Positions 18,267 through 27,612 of a stretch of DNA of 32,000 nucleotides are shown one piece after another. A program made the position numbers and the translations under genes. The stretch's first letter is position 1, and the number at the start of each line of letters is the position of its first letter. The notes under the pieces were generated by a model, which was not told where the DNA came from, made no database searches, and saw only the letters and a program-made list of their open reading frames with translations. This stretch comes from Psychrobacter cryohalolentis K5. Its GTDB lineage: Bacteria; Pseudomonadota; Gammaproteobacteria; Pseudomonadales; Moraxellaceae. The DNA lies in NCBI RefSeq assembly GCF_000013905.1, contig NC_007969.1, positions 330,001 to 362,000 on the forward strand. The letters are read 5' to 3'.

Positions 18267-18346
18267 CAGCTGATGAGGTTCAAGTTAATAAACTGAATAG
18301 TGCTCAACAAGACAACGTTCAGCAAGGCACTGTTCCACAAGCTATT

Positions 18347-18658
18347 ATGATAACGGTATACTTAGCCTATGCTGAAGATGCACAGAGTCAGCATTATCTA
18401 ACCTTGTCAGTAGCTGATGGCACAACCTTATATGCAGCATTGAAGCAAGCGGGTTGGTTGATACAGTTTGAAGGGCTAGCAAAATGGTGCGATGAGGTGA
18501 TTGATGTGGCAGTGCCGACAGCCAAACGTTGGCATGTTGGCATCTATGCGCAAAAACAGCCACTTAACTATCAATTGCAGCCTTTTGATCGGATAGAGGT
18601 ATATAGAAGCTTAAGCGCTGATCCTATGTCTCAGCGCAAAAGTAAATCTCGAGTCTGA
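18347..18658 (+). CDS. rnfH: RnfH family (UPF0125, RatB-like) ubiquitin-fold protein
   Basis: MITVYLAYAEDAQSQHYLTLSVADGTTLYAALKQAG...DRIEVYRSLSADPMSQRK matches the RnfH pattern (I.V.V.YA...; DR[IV]E[IV]YR.L..DP). Starting at 18347 gives about 103 aa. The ORF-track start at 18185 overlaps the upstream gene. Confidence 0.85.
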   Translation: MITVYLAYAEDAQSQHYLTLSVADGTTLYAALKQAGWLIQFEGLAKWCDEVIDVAVPTAKRWHVGIYAQKQPLNYQLQPFDRIEVYRSLSADPMSQRKSKSRV

Positions 18659-18683
18659 GGATTAAAGCTCGCTATCGAAGCGA

Positions 18684-19100
18684 TTATTTAGGTAGAGACT
18701 CTAAACCCTGAATGCGAGTCACTATGCCATTATTATCAAAGTATACTTTTAGATGCTGACTGGCGTTTTTAACGTCAGCGATACCTCTACGTTGACCTTC
18801 AGTCCCTGCTTGATAGTCATAAATATAGTCCCAACGGTTCGGCTCTAGGGTATCTCTAATGGCTGGACTACCAAGAAGATATAGTACCTGATTTTGATTC
18901 ATACCCACTTGTAATTTTTGTGCTTGGGTTTGAGTAATAGGCGTCCCTTGTGGCAAATCAATCTTATAAACACTCAGTAACGAGCAGCCAGACATGGTAA
19001 CAGCGGCGCCCAATATGCTGGTAATGACAATCTTGCGTAATGCGCTTGAAGAATGAAACGGACGTAAATTTAGGGTCTTTATCATGGTAAGATGACTCAT
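18684..19100 (-). CDS. bamE: Outer-membrane protein assembly factor BamE (SmpA/OmlA lipoprotein)
   Basis: Lipobox VTMSGC-S, followed by LLSVYKIDLPQGTPITQTQAQKLQVGMNQNQVLYLLGSP, typical of BamE. It is divergent from fur, as omlA-fur is in Pseudomonas. The start is uncertain (19100 or 19085) and no clear Shine-Dalgarno is seen. Confidence 0.85.
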   Translation of the reverse strand: MSHLTMIKTLNLRPFHSSSALRKIVITSILGAAVTMSGCSLLSVYKIDLPQGTPITQTQAQKLQVGMNQNQVLYLLGSPAIRDTLEPNRWDYIYDYQAGTEGQRRGIADVKNASQHLKVYFDNNGIVTRIQGLESLPK

Positions 19101-19424
19101 AAAAAATGGGTTAGGTACGGCTAAGCACAGTAGATGCTGGTCTTACCGACAATCTTGGATAAATGATACGTCATTTACTTGCAATTGCCTACCACTTACG
19201 ACATTATTTACCAAATGTGCGCTTGCATCATTTATTATTAATATTTTAAATTCATATACTTATAATCATATTTTTTAGAAAAAATGTACTGGAAATACAT
19301 TTGATAGTGACTGATTTTGTATGAGGATGATTTTTTGCAATTACCCATTCATCACTACTGATGATTATTTACCTTATGTTTTTTGAACTTATTTGCTAAG
19401 ACTTTCATAGTCAGAAGGGATATT

Positions 19425-19859
19425 ATGGCTTCTTTTACCAATCAAGACTTACGTAGAGCGGGTCTAAAAGTAACGTTACCGCGTATCAAAATTCTAGAGC
19501 TGCTTGAGAGTGCAAAGCTGCATCATATGAGCGCAGAGGAGGTTTACAAGGCGCTAATTGAGCAAGGCGAGGATGTAGGTTTAGCGACCGTTTATCGCGT
19601 GCTGACTCAGTTTGAGCAGGCAGGTATTGTCGAGCGTCACAACTTTGAAAACAATTTATCCGTGTTTGAGATTACTCAAGAAGAGCATCACGACCATCTG
19701 GTTTGTGATAATTGCGGTAAGATTGTCGAATTTCATAATGAAGTGATTGAAGAAGAACAGCTTAAAGTAGCAGCAGAGCATGGCTTTAAGTTATCAGGTC
19801 ACTCATTGGTACTATATGGTATCTGTGATGACCAAGCCTGTAAGGACAGCGTCAAGTAA
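19425..19859 (+). CDS. fur: Ferric uptake regulator
   Basis: MASFTNQDLRRAGLKVTLPRIKILELLE...HHDHLVCDNCGKIVEF. ATG at 19425 with agaaggga upstream. The ORF-track start at 19383 adds 14 residues. Confidence 0.95.
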   Translation: MASFTNQDLRRAGLKVTLPRIKILELLESAKLHHMSAEEVYKALIEQGEDVGLATVYRVLTQFEQAGIVERHNFENNLSVFEITQEEHHDHLVCDNCGKIVEFHNEVIEEEQLKVAAEHGFKLSGHSLVLYGICDDQACKDSVK

Positions 19860-19886
19860 GCATCAACTTATCGATGAGATAAAATT

Positions 19887-19919
19887 AAAAAAGCCCTTAT
19901 ATATGATGAGGGCTTTTTT
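19887..19919. terminator. Bidirectional terminator between fur and pilU
   Basis: aaaaaagcccttatatatgatgagggcttttttа-type hairpin: gccct (19893..19897) pairs with agggc (19909..19913), with extra A:U/G:U pairs. It is flanked by an A-run and a T-run. Confidence 0.7.
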
Positions 19920-19970
19920 ATAACGGTTTCTTAGGCATAAAAAATAATAACTATGGTTAAAAATACATTA

Positions 19971-21092
19971 TTAAGTAATGTCTAACGATAAACTATCCGC
20001 GCCTTCATCTAAGTTTGCCACGCCATTTTTGCTGCTGAGTTTGATTTTTAAGCGCAGATCATTAGGCGAGTCTGCATGAAGAATCGCTTCTTTATAAGTA
20101 ATCTCACCGTTTTCATATAGATCAAACAGTGCTTGGTCAAATGTCTGCATACCGCTATCACGTGAGCGTGTCATGACATCTTTTATTTCGTGCACCTCAC
20201 CTTTGCGGATATAGTCGCTGATCAGCTGTGAGTTTAGCAAGATTTCGATAGCAGCCCGGCGTCCCTTGCCGTCAGGCGTTGGAATCAACTGCTGGGCGAT
20301 AATGGCTTGTAAGTTAAGCGATAAATCCATAAACAATTGATTATGGCGACTGGTCTCAAAAAAGTGAATAATGCGGTCGATTGCTTGGTTGGCATTATTG
20401 GCGTGCAACGTTGCAAATACCAAATGCCCCGTTTCAGCATATTGAATCGCGTAACTCATGACTTCACGATTGCGAATCTCACCAATCAAAATCACATCTG
20501 GCGCTTGGCGCAAGGTGTTTTTTAGACCGGCTTCAAAAGAGTGGGTATCGATACCGACTTCGCGCTGGGTAATAATACAGCCACGATGCTTATGGACAAA
20601 CTCGATAGGATCTTCTATGGTAATAATATGACCGTGAGAGTTTTGATTGCGATGTCCTATCATTGCTGCAAGGGTGGTTGATTTACCCGTACCAGTTGCA
20701 CCAACCAGCAAAATAATACCGCGCTTCTTCATTGCCAGCTCTTTTAATGCTGGTGGCAGGCGCAGCTCTTCAACCGTTGGGATTTTGTTTTCGATTTTCC
20801 GTAAAATCATCCCTGCCATATCACGTTGTATAAAGGCACTGACCCTAAAACGTGCTTGTTGCGCCTGATCAGTAATCGCAAACTGGCACTCGTTGGTCTC
20901 ATCAAACTCTTTTTGCTGATTGACTGTCATGACACCTTTAACCAGCCTCATAGTCTGCTCAGCAGTTAAAGGCGTTTTACCAACCGGCAGTATTTTGCCA
21001 TTGATTTTCATGGAAGGGGCGACATCAGCAGTGATAAAAAGGTCAGAGCCGTTTTTGTTAATCATCAATTGTAAAAGTTTATCAATGTCCAT
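19971..21092 (-). CDS. pilU: Type IV pilus retraction ATPase PilU
   Basis: 373 aa. N-terminus MDIDKLLQLMINKNGSDLFITADVAPSMKINGK, Walker A GATGTGKSTT, and the Asp/His boxes of PilT-family hexameric ATPases. It sits immediately downstream of pilT. Confidence 0.9.
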   Translation of the reverse strand: MDIDKLLQLMINKNGSDLFITADVAPSMKINGKILPVGKTPLTAEQTMRLVKGVMTVNQQKEFDETNECQFAITDQAQQARFRVSAFIQRDMAGMILRKIENKIPTVEELRLPPALKELAMKKRGIILLVGATGTGKSTTLAAMIGHRNQNSHGHIITIEDPIEFVHKHRGCIITQREVGIDTHSFEAGLKNTLRQAPDVILIGEIRNREVMSYAIQYAETGHLVFATLHANNANQAIDRIIHFFETSRHNQLFMDLSLNLQAIIAQQLIPTPDGKGRRAAIEILLNSQLISDYIRKGEVHEIKDVMTRSRDSGMQTFDQALFDLYENGEITYKEAILHADSPNDLRLKIKLSSKNGVANLDEGADSLSLDIT

Positions 21093-21250
21093 AACGTACC
21101 TATATGTGCGAGAAAATGTGCAATGAATAGAGTGAAACCTGCTTCAATAAACTTTTTTGCGAAAAATGACAGTTAACTTAAAGGATGATTGCTTAGATAG
21201 CTGCAATGATTAGTCTATTACTTTAGTCAGAATGCCTGATAATATTTATA

Positions 21251-22303
21251 TTATAAGAATGCTTCAGGCTGTTTAGCGTAAGGTCGTGCAACGTCTTTAC
21301 TAATTGTGCCTCTCGCTACAAGATTTTTAAGAGTTTGATCAAGAGTAATCATGCCATCACCAGCACCAGTTTGGATAGAAGAGTACATTTGAGCGATTTT
21401 ATTTTCTCGTATTAAGTTACGAATAGCGGGCGTACCTAACATAATCTCATGGGCGGCAATTCGCCCGCCTGTTTGACGACGTAACAATGTTTGCGAGATA
21501 ACGGCTTGTAGTGACTCTGATAGCATCGCTCGAATCATGTCTTTTTCAGCAGCAGGGAAGACGTCAATAACACGGTCAATGGTTTTGGCAGCGGAACTGG
21601 TGTGCAAAGTGCCGAAAACTAAGTGACCGGTTTCAGCGGCAGTGAGCGCTAAGCGTATGGTCTCAAGATCTCGTAGCTCACCAACCAGAATAACGTCCGG
21701 ATCTTCACGTAACGCTGAGCGCAATGCTGGCTCGAACCCCAAGGTATCGCGATGGACTTCACGCTGGTTAATCAAACTCTTTTTGGACTCATGAACAAAT
21801 TCAATCGGGTCTTCGATAGTCAAAATATGCTCTTTACGGGTTTCATTGATATAATCAATCATGGCAGCTAGCGTGGTCGACTTACCTGAGCCGGTTGGAC
21901 CAGTGACCAACACCACGCCACGTTTAAAGTCTGAAACACGCTTAAACACTTCGCCCATACCTAGATCTTCCATCGTTAGAACTTTGGAAGGAATTGTACG
22001 AAAGACGGCGCCTGCACCGCGATTTTGATTAAATGCGTTTACCCGAAAACGGGCTAGATTTGGAATCTCAAAAGAAAAATCCGTTTCAAAAAACTCTTCA
22101 AAGTCGGCACGTTGTCTATCATTCATGATGTCATAAATGAGCTGATGAACTACCTTATGGCTCATATCTGGCATATTAATCCGAGTCATCTCACCATCAA
22201 CTCGAATCATCGCAGGCATACCGGCTGAAATATGTAAATCTGAAGCCTTATGCTTGACAGTAAAACGCAGCAAGTCTTCAATGCTTAAATTTTGTTCAGC
22301 CAT
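21251..22303 (-). CDS. pilT: Type IV pilus twitching-motility ATPase PilT
   Basis: 350 aa. Walker A GPTGSGKSTT, TIEDPIEF, GHLVFGTLHT, and the PilT-specific AIRNLIRENK motif. Confidence 0.95.
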   Translation of the reverse strand: MAEQNLSIEDLLRFTVKHKASDLHISAGMPAMIRVDGEMTRINMPDMSHKVVHQLIYDIMNDRQRADFEEFFETDFSFEIPNLARFRVNAFNQNRGAGAVFRTIPSKVLTMEDLGMGEVFKRVSDFKRGVVLVTGPTGSGKSTTLAAMIDYINETRKEHILTIEDPIEFVHESKKSLINQREVHRDTLGFEPALRSALREDPDVILVGELRDLETIRLALTAAETGHLVFGTLHTSSAAKTIDRVIDVFPAAEKDMIRAMLSESLQAVISQTLLRRQTGGRIAAHEIMLGTPAIRNLIRENKIAQMYSSIQTGAGDGMITLDQTLKNLVARGTISKDVARPYAKQPEAFL

Positions 22304-22622
22304 AATCGGATATTCCTATTAATAAATAAAGTGTGCCAAAATCAACATAGAAAGCAGGCGATAAACAAGGTTCTATGACATTGTTTGAGCCAACCTCATT
22401 AAAATAGGTTAGGCGTCACTATAATTGTTACTATTACTAGAGCTTTTAGTAGCATATGTTAAACCATGTAACAATATCATAACAAGACTGTACTGATTTA
22501 ACCATCTACTAACTGCATAAAATGCAAAAATAGATTGACTGGTTTTTCGCATGCATAGTGGTAAAGGATCGATACAATCAGCTCTCTTTGATTTCGAACT
22601 CACTATATCAACAAGAGTTTTT

Positions 22623-23381
22623 ATGAATATGTCTTCTCAGCAAGTAATTAAAAATGTCGCAATCGATCTTAGCAATAATGATGAAGCAGAAGTTCAACAT
22701 CTAACTGAGAACTGGCAGCAGGTAAAGACGCAAGTGGTACAGGCATGCGAACAAACGTTGCGAGCGCCGAGCAGTGTAACTTTGCTTGCGGTGTCCAAAA
22801 CCAAATCTGCTGAGATGGTGGCAACATTGGCGCGTCAAGGTCAGCATGATTTTGGTGAAAATTATCTACAAGAAGCGATTGAAAAAATACAGTTGCTACG
22901 TGAGCAGGTAGGATGTAAGCATATTGTCTGGCACTATATTGGAAGCATTCAGCGTAATAAAACCCGTGATATTGCTGAGCATTTTGATTGGGTACAAACG
23001 CTTGAGCGTGACATTATTGCCAAGCGTCTTAACGACCAACGTCCTGCTGAACTGCCACCTTTAAACGTCTTGATCCAAATTAATATTGATAATGAAGACA
23101 GTAAGTCGGGATGTCTGCCAGAGCAGCTTCCAGAATTGTTAACAGCAATTAAAAATTATGAGCGTTTGCAATTGCGCGGATTGATGATTATTCCTGCTAA
23201 GGCAAATACAGATGCTTTTAAGCGCACCAAACAACTATTTGACGACATTAAGCGTACCCATCCTGAGCTGAGTCAATGGGATACGCTGAGTATGGGTATG
23301 AGTGATGATATGACTGATGCGATTGCTAGTGGCACGACCATGGTACGTGTTGGCACGGCGATATTTGGTGCGCGTGCTTGA
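22623..23381 (+). CDS. yggS: YggS family pyridoxal-phosphate homeostasis protein
   Basis: LLAVSKTKS (PLP lysine), HYIGSIQRNKTR and MGMSDDMTDAIASGTTMVRVGTAIFG. It is divergent from pilT, as in Pseudomonas. ATG at 22623 is preferred over 22551. Confidence 0.9.
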   Translation: MNMSSQQVIKNVAIDLSNNDEAEVQHLTENWQQVKTQVVQACEQTLRAPSSVTLLAVSKTKSAEMVATLARQGQHDFGENYLQEAIEKIQLLREQVGCKHIVWHYIGSIQRNKTRDIAEHFDWVQTLERDIIAKRLNDQRPAELPPLNVLIQINIDNEDSKSGCLPEQLPELLTAIKNYERLQLRGLMIIPAKANTDAFKRTKQLFDDIKRTHPELSQWDTLSMGMSDDMTDAIASGTTMVRVGTAIFGARA

Positions 23382-23599
23382 TGTAATAGTGAATTCAGTA
23401 TTAAAACGATACAGTAGGACTGGGATGAATTTTATGCAGCCTCTGTCAGCGTAGTCACAGCACGCTAGAAAAATTTATACCAGTACTGCGTTGGAATATA
23501 ACGTATCTGTTTTATTTGAAATTGACTATAGTACGCACGCTTGAGGATAAAAATTATCATAAAGCCAACCCTGACAGTACTCATAAATTACATTACGTA

Positions 23600-24874
23600 T
23601 TAAATCACATCATCAAACTTTGTCACTAGTAGCTGAGTTATTTTAAGATTGTCAGTGGCGATAATCTCAAAACGATAATTGGCATACTCGACACAGTCTG
23701 TCTTTTTAGGAATTTTACGCAGCATATACATCATAAAACCGCTAATGGTTTCGTAATTTTGGCTATGCGGTAAATTGACCATGCCCAATGAGCGAATCAC
23801 ATCTTCAATGGGCGTCATGCCATCAATTAGCCAAGAGTTATCTGTACGCTGGACAATCGGTTGCTCCTCTAAGGTGACCAGCTCGCCCATCACGATGCTC
23901 ATTACGTCTTTAAGCGTGATCACCCCAACCACTAATGCATACTCATTTACAATGACGGCAAAATCTGCACCCGTTGATTTAAATGTTTCCAATACTTCAA
24001 ACAAGGATAATGTATCGGGAATAAACAAAGCAGGTTTTAGCAACGCTTTGTCTGTTAAACACACTTCTTGCTGCTCAAGTACTGAGGCTAAAAAGCTGCG
24101 CGACTCTACATAACCGATGATATGTTCTAAGTCATCGTCATTACAGACCAAGAATTTATTATGCGGCTGCTTAATCATCACAGCAACCACTTCTTCGGTG
24201 CTGGCTTTAGTATCAAAATAGACAATATGCTCGCGCGGATTCATGACTGAGGTTACGGTTCGCTCTTGCATCTCAAAGATATTTTCGATCAAATGATGCT
24301 CTTGACGCTTAATAACACCAGCTTCCGCACCTGCATCCATCACCGCATAAATATCCTCTGACGTCATTTCATCTTGGCGTACGGTTGACACGCCTATGAG
24401 TTTAAATAGTAAATTTGCCGCCCCATCAAACACCCAAATAATCGGCTTAAAGATAAAAATAAAGAAAATCATCGGTCGAACCATCTTGACCGCGATAGGT
24501 TCAGCGTTGGACATGGCCAAACGCTTGGGCATCAAGTCTGCAAACAACACAAACACACTGGTGACTAAGATAAATGACACCACCGACGCGGCAGTCTCAT
24601 TGCCAAAAAGCTGCTGTAAATATGGACTAATGGCTGACTCGCCAATGACCCCTGCTAAGATAGCCACTGCATTGAGCGCCACTTGTACCACGGTAATAAA
24701 GCTGCCGGGTTGCTCTTGCATATTGAGTACATCGAGTGCTCGTACTTCGCCTTCTTTGGCCATGACTTGCAACTTGATTTTGCGGGCGGAGGCAAGCGCC
24801 AGCTCCGAACTAGAAACGATAGCGCTTAGCGCAATTAATATAAAAATAAACACACCAGCGGTTAGCAAGCTCAT
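23600..24874 (-). CDS. CNNM/HlyC/CorC family transporter (DUF21 membrane domain, CBS pair, CorC_HlyC C-terminal domain)
   Basis: 424 aa. Four N-terminal TM helices (DUF21), a central CBS-pair region, and a C-terminal transporter-associated domain (NSWLIDGMTPIEDV...YRFEIIATDNLKITQLLV). Confidence 0.85.
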   Translation of the reverse strand: MSLLTAGVFIFILIALSAIVSSSELALASARKIKLQVMAKEGEVRALDVLNMQEQPGSFITVVQVALNAVAILAGVIGESAISPYLQQLFGNETAASVVSFILVTSVFVLFADLMPKRLAMSNAEPIAVKMVRPMIFFIFIFKPIIWVFDGAANLLFKLIGVSTVRQDEMTSEDIYAVMDAGAEAGVIKRQEHHLIENIFEMQERTVTSVMNPREHIVYFDTKASTEEVVAVMIKQPHNKFLVCNDDDLEHIIGYVESRSFLASVLEQQEVCLTDKALLKPALFIPDTLSLFEVLETFKSTGADFAVIVNEYALVVGVITLKDVMSIVMGELVTLEEQPIVQRTDNSWLIDGMTPIEDVIRSLGMVNLPHSQNYETISGFMMYMLRKIPKKTDCVEYANYRFEIIATDNLKITQLLVTKFDDVI

Positions 24875-24957
24875 GACATACTCGGATAGAAATAGATAAG
24901 GTAGATAGATTTACAGTAATGATTGAAGATAATAATCGGTAGGTTTTGAGGTAAAAG

Positions 24958-24996
24958 GCATTTAGTTATTAGCATTTAGTTATTAGCATTTAGTTA
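24958..24996. repeat. Tandem 14-bp repeat gcatttagttatta, 2.8 copies
   Basis: Perfect copies at 24958..24971 and 24972..24985, and a partial copy at 24986..24996. It lies between the nadE terminator and the start of the CorC-family gene. Confidence 0.85.
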
Positions 24997-25007
24997 GGCA
25001 CAAAAAC

Positions 25008-25033
25008 TAAAAAAGCTGGGCAAGCACCCAGCT
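25008..25033 (-). terminator. Intrinsic terminator after nadE
   Basis: Stem agctggg (25014..25020) pairs with cccagct (25027..25033) around loop caagca. The A-run at 25009..25014 gives a U-run on the minus strand. Confidence 0.6.
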
Positions 25034-25131
25034 AATTATAAAACAATTTTATGATATTAGATAAAAACTTAAATTTATCAAGCCTTTAAAAAATGGCTCT
25101 AAAAGGTTTTTGATAAATTCAGTATCAAGGC

Positions 25132-26835
25132 TTAGCCTTTTATTGACCATTTATTGACGAGCGGGTAACGGCGCTCACGACCAAAGGCTTTATGGCTAAT
25201 CTTAGTACCAATTGGTGCCTGCGAGCGCTTGTATTCACTATTGTCGACCATTTGGATAACCTTGGCGACCAAATCAGCATCAAACCCTTTATTAATAATA
25301 TCTTGATAGCCCATATCTTCATCGATATATGACATTAAGATACCGTCTAAAACATCATAATCAGGCAAGCTGTCTTGGTCTTTTTGATCGGGACGTAGCT
25401 CAGCAGATGGTGGACGAGTAATGACGCGCTCAGGAATAACAGGCGTATCTTCTAAACGGTTACGATAGCTGGCCAATTTATAAACTTGTGACTTATACAC
25501 GTCTTTTAAAACGTCAAAACCGCCTGCCATATCGCCATATAAGGTCGAATAGCCAACAGCTAGCTCTGATTTATTACCAGTCGTGATGACCAAATGCCCA
25601 AATTTATTAGACAATGCCATAAGTACCACACCGCGTGCACGTGCTTGGATGTTCTCTTCGGTGGTATCAGCAGGTGACTTGTTAAATAGTGGCGCAAGCG
25701 TATGACGGATACCTTCGACTGCATCAAAGATAGGACAAACGGTATAAGAGACATTGAGACGGCGTGCTTGGGCTTGCGCGTCCTCTAAACTGATTTGCGA
25801 GGTATATTCGTAAGGCATCATGACTGCATAGACCTTGTCAGCACCCAGTGCGTCGACCGCGATACATAGTGTCAATGCTGAATCAATACCGCCTGATAAA
25901 CCAACGATGATGCCAGTAAACCCTGAAAGATTGACATAATCACGCAACCCTACGACCAATGCTTGGTACATCTCTGATTCACGGCTTAATGATAAAGGTG
26001 CCTTTGCTTGTGTATCAAATTTTGCTGTTTTTGCATCAAAGCTTGCCAGTAGTAACTGATTCATAAAGCGTGAGGCTTCATGTGCGACGCTGCCGTCTGC
26101 TTGAATGGCCATAGAGCCACCGTCAAATACCAAATCATCTTGACCGCCAACGGCATTAAGATAAACGATAGGTAAGTTGTTTTCACGGCTACGCTTGGCC
26201 AGCATTGTTTTGCGAGTATCTTGTTTTTCGATCTCAAATGGTGAAGCGTTTAAGCTCACAATAAGGTCAGCGCCTTGCTTTTTGAGCTCGGCAATAGGAC
26301 CTTTTTCCCATAAATCTTCACAGATCAGCAGACCAATGGTGATACCTTTATAATCAAATAAGACTTGATTACGTCCTTTATCAAAGTAACGGCGCTCATC
26401 AAATACGCCATAGTTTGGCAAAATTTGCTTATGATAAAAGCCCTTTTGATGACCATTATGCAAGATAGCGGCTGAGTTAAAGGTGCCATGATGATCAACA
26501 TGCGGATAGCCAACAATCATGACGATATCATCGATGTCGCTTAGGGTAGACAACGCGCTTTTGATACGTCCTGAAAGACTAGGACGTAGCAACAAATCTT
26601 GCGGCGGATAGCCCAATAAGGCCAGCTCTGGGAAAATAATGACATCAGCACCTTGCTCGCGTGCTTGCAGTGCTAGGGTGCGCATTTTTTCAGCATTGGC
26701 TTTGATATCGCCAACTAAAAAGTGAGATTGGGCTAGGGCAAACGTAACGCTATCTTGCGATTTTGAAGCTTGGTTGCCCTTATTGGAAGCGGTAAGGTTG
26801 GGGTTATCAGTATCTTTTGCAGTGTCTTTTGACAT
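25132..26835 (-). CDS. nadE: Glutamine-dependent NAD+ synthetase (CN-hydrolase domain plus NAD synthetase domain)
   Basis: N-terminal nitrilase-like domain (FPELALLGYPPQDLL, ICEDLW) and a C-terminal PP-loop GLSGGIDSAL. ATG at 26835 (MSKDTAKD) is preferred. The ORF-track start at 26949 adds 38 implausible residues. Confidence 0.92.
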   Translation of the reverse strand: MSKDTAKDTDNPNLTASNKGNQASKSQDSVTFALAQSHFLVGDIKANAEKMRTLALQAREQGADVIIFPELALLGYPPQDLLLRPSLSGRIKSALSTLSDIDDIVMIVGYPHVDHHGTFNSAAILHNGHQKGFYHKQILPNYGVFDERRYFDKGRNQVLFDYKGITIGLLICEDLWEKGPIAELKKQGADLIVSLNASPFEIEKQDTRKTMLAKRSRENNLPIVYLNAVGGQDDLVFDGGSMAIQADGSVAHEASRFMNQLLLASFDAKTAKFDTQAKAPLSLSRESEMYQALVVGLRDYVNLSGFTGIIVGLSGGIDSALTLCIAVDALGADKVYAVMMPYEYTSQISLEDAQAQARRLNVSYTVCPIFDAVEGIRHTLAPLFNKSPADTTEENIQARARGVVLMALSNKFGHLVITTGNKSELAVGYSTLYGDMAGGFDVLKDVYKSQVYKLASYRNRLEDTPVIPERVITRPPSAELRPDQKDQDSLPDYDVLDGILMSYIDEDMGYQDIINKGFDADLVAKVIQMVDNSEYKRSQAPIGTKISHKAFGRERRYPLVNKWSIKG

Positions 26836-27195
26836 TGTTATTGTTCCTATCAATAGGTTATTTAAATCTGTTATATATTTCTTGGTTTCAAATAAAACCA
26901 AATGAAAATATGTTTCCGAAAACGACTCAAAATATGTATTTAAAATCATTCACTCAAAATAAGATGCTTAAATAGTGCATCAATATCATGAGCATCAAAC
27001 ATATATAGGCATGAATGTCATGCAAATGTGCCCTCTCAATTTATGCAGAACTGCTCTAAAAATAATGCTAAATACCATCTAGAGTAAGATCACAGACGAG
27101 AGGTGTTTTATAGACGCTAAGGGCTTACCTCAATGAAAGTAATAAAGCCAAACCAACAGAGCGTCATTTAAAAGCGTAAATCAATCCCTTTAGTA

Positions 27196-27213
27196 TAACA
27201 TCAATTGATGTTA
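27196..27213. repeat. 18-bp perfect palindrome taacatcaattgatgtta
   Basis: Read directly: taacatcaa followed by ttgatgtta. It lies centrally in the 0.77-kb divergent intergenic region. It is flanked by two copies of ccctttag (27186..27193 and 27239..27246). Confidence 0.8.
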
Positions 27214-27612
27214 CTAATAGAACCAGCCAGTGATTTAGCCCTTTAGATGGCAGATATAAAAGTGCTTAAAAAGCGCATATTGATGATGTTTTTGTTAAGA
27301 TAATTATGTTCCATAGGTTTTAGCAATCAACATCAATGACGATACAGCCACTAACAAATTTGCTCCCAAGAAAGTTGTAAGTAAAGGTTACAACATAGCG
27401 TTATTTATTTGGATAATCTTGTTGCATAATAGTTTTTTGCTGTTAGCCTAATTAACCTTATAAAAGCAGATATTTTATCCAAATCTGTACTGCTCAAAAT
27501 CTTCGCTAATGGATGAAAATTACAAACATAATCTGTGATTTAAACAACCCATTTATAAATTTTATAGTAGAACCGTATTAGGTTTCTGCTGGTCACCCTT
27601 GGTTTGCACGCT

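Noticed and set aside
19101-19424. Possible Fur autoregulatory box in the bamE-fur divergent region (for example actgatgattatttacc near 19355).
   Set aside because: The match to the Fur consensus is weak. I cannot support a call without a scoring matrix.
23382-23599. Convergent yggS / CorC-gene spacer as a terminator or sRNA locus.
   Set aside because: It contains only 5-bp stems (agcgt/acgct) and an 8-bp palindrome, cagtactg. There is no convincing hairpin with a U-tract.
23775-24899. Plus-strand ORFs 23775..24113 and 24396..24899, antisense to the CorC-family gene. The same applies to 22409..22603, 31151..31414, 17288..17632, 20337..21126 and 13021..13272.
   Set aside because: They are entirely contained in, and antisense to, strongly supported genes. 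They have no start context or recognisable domains.
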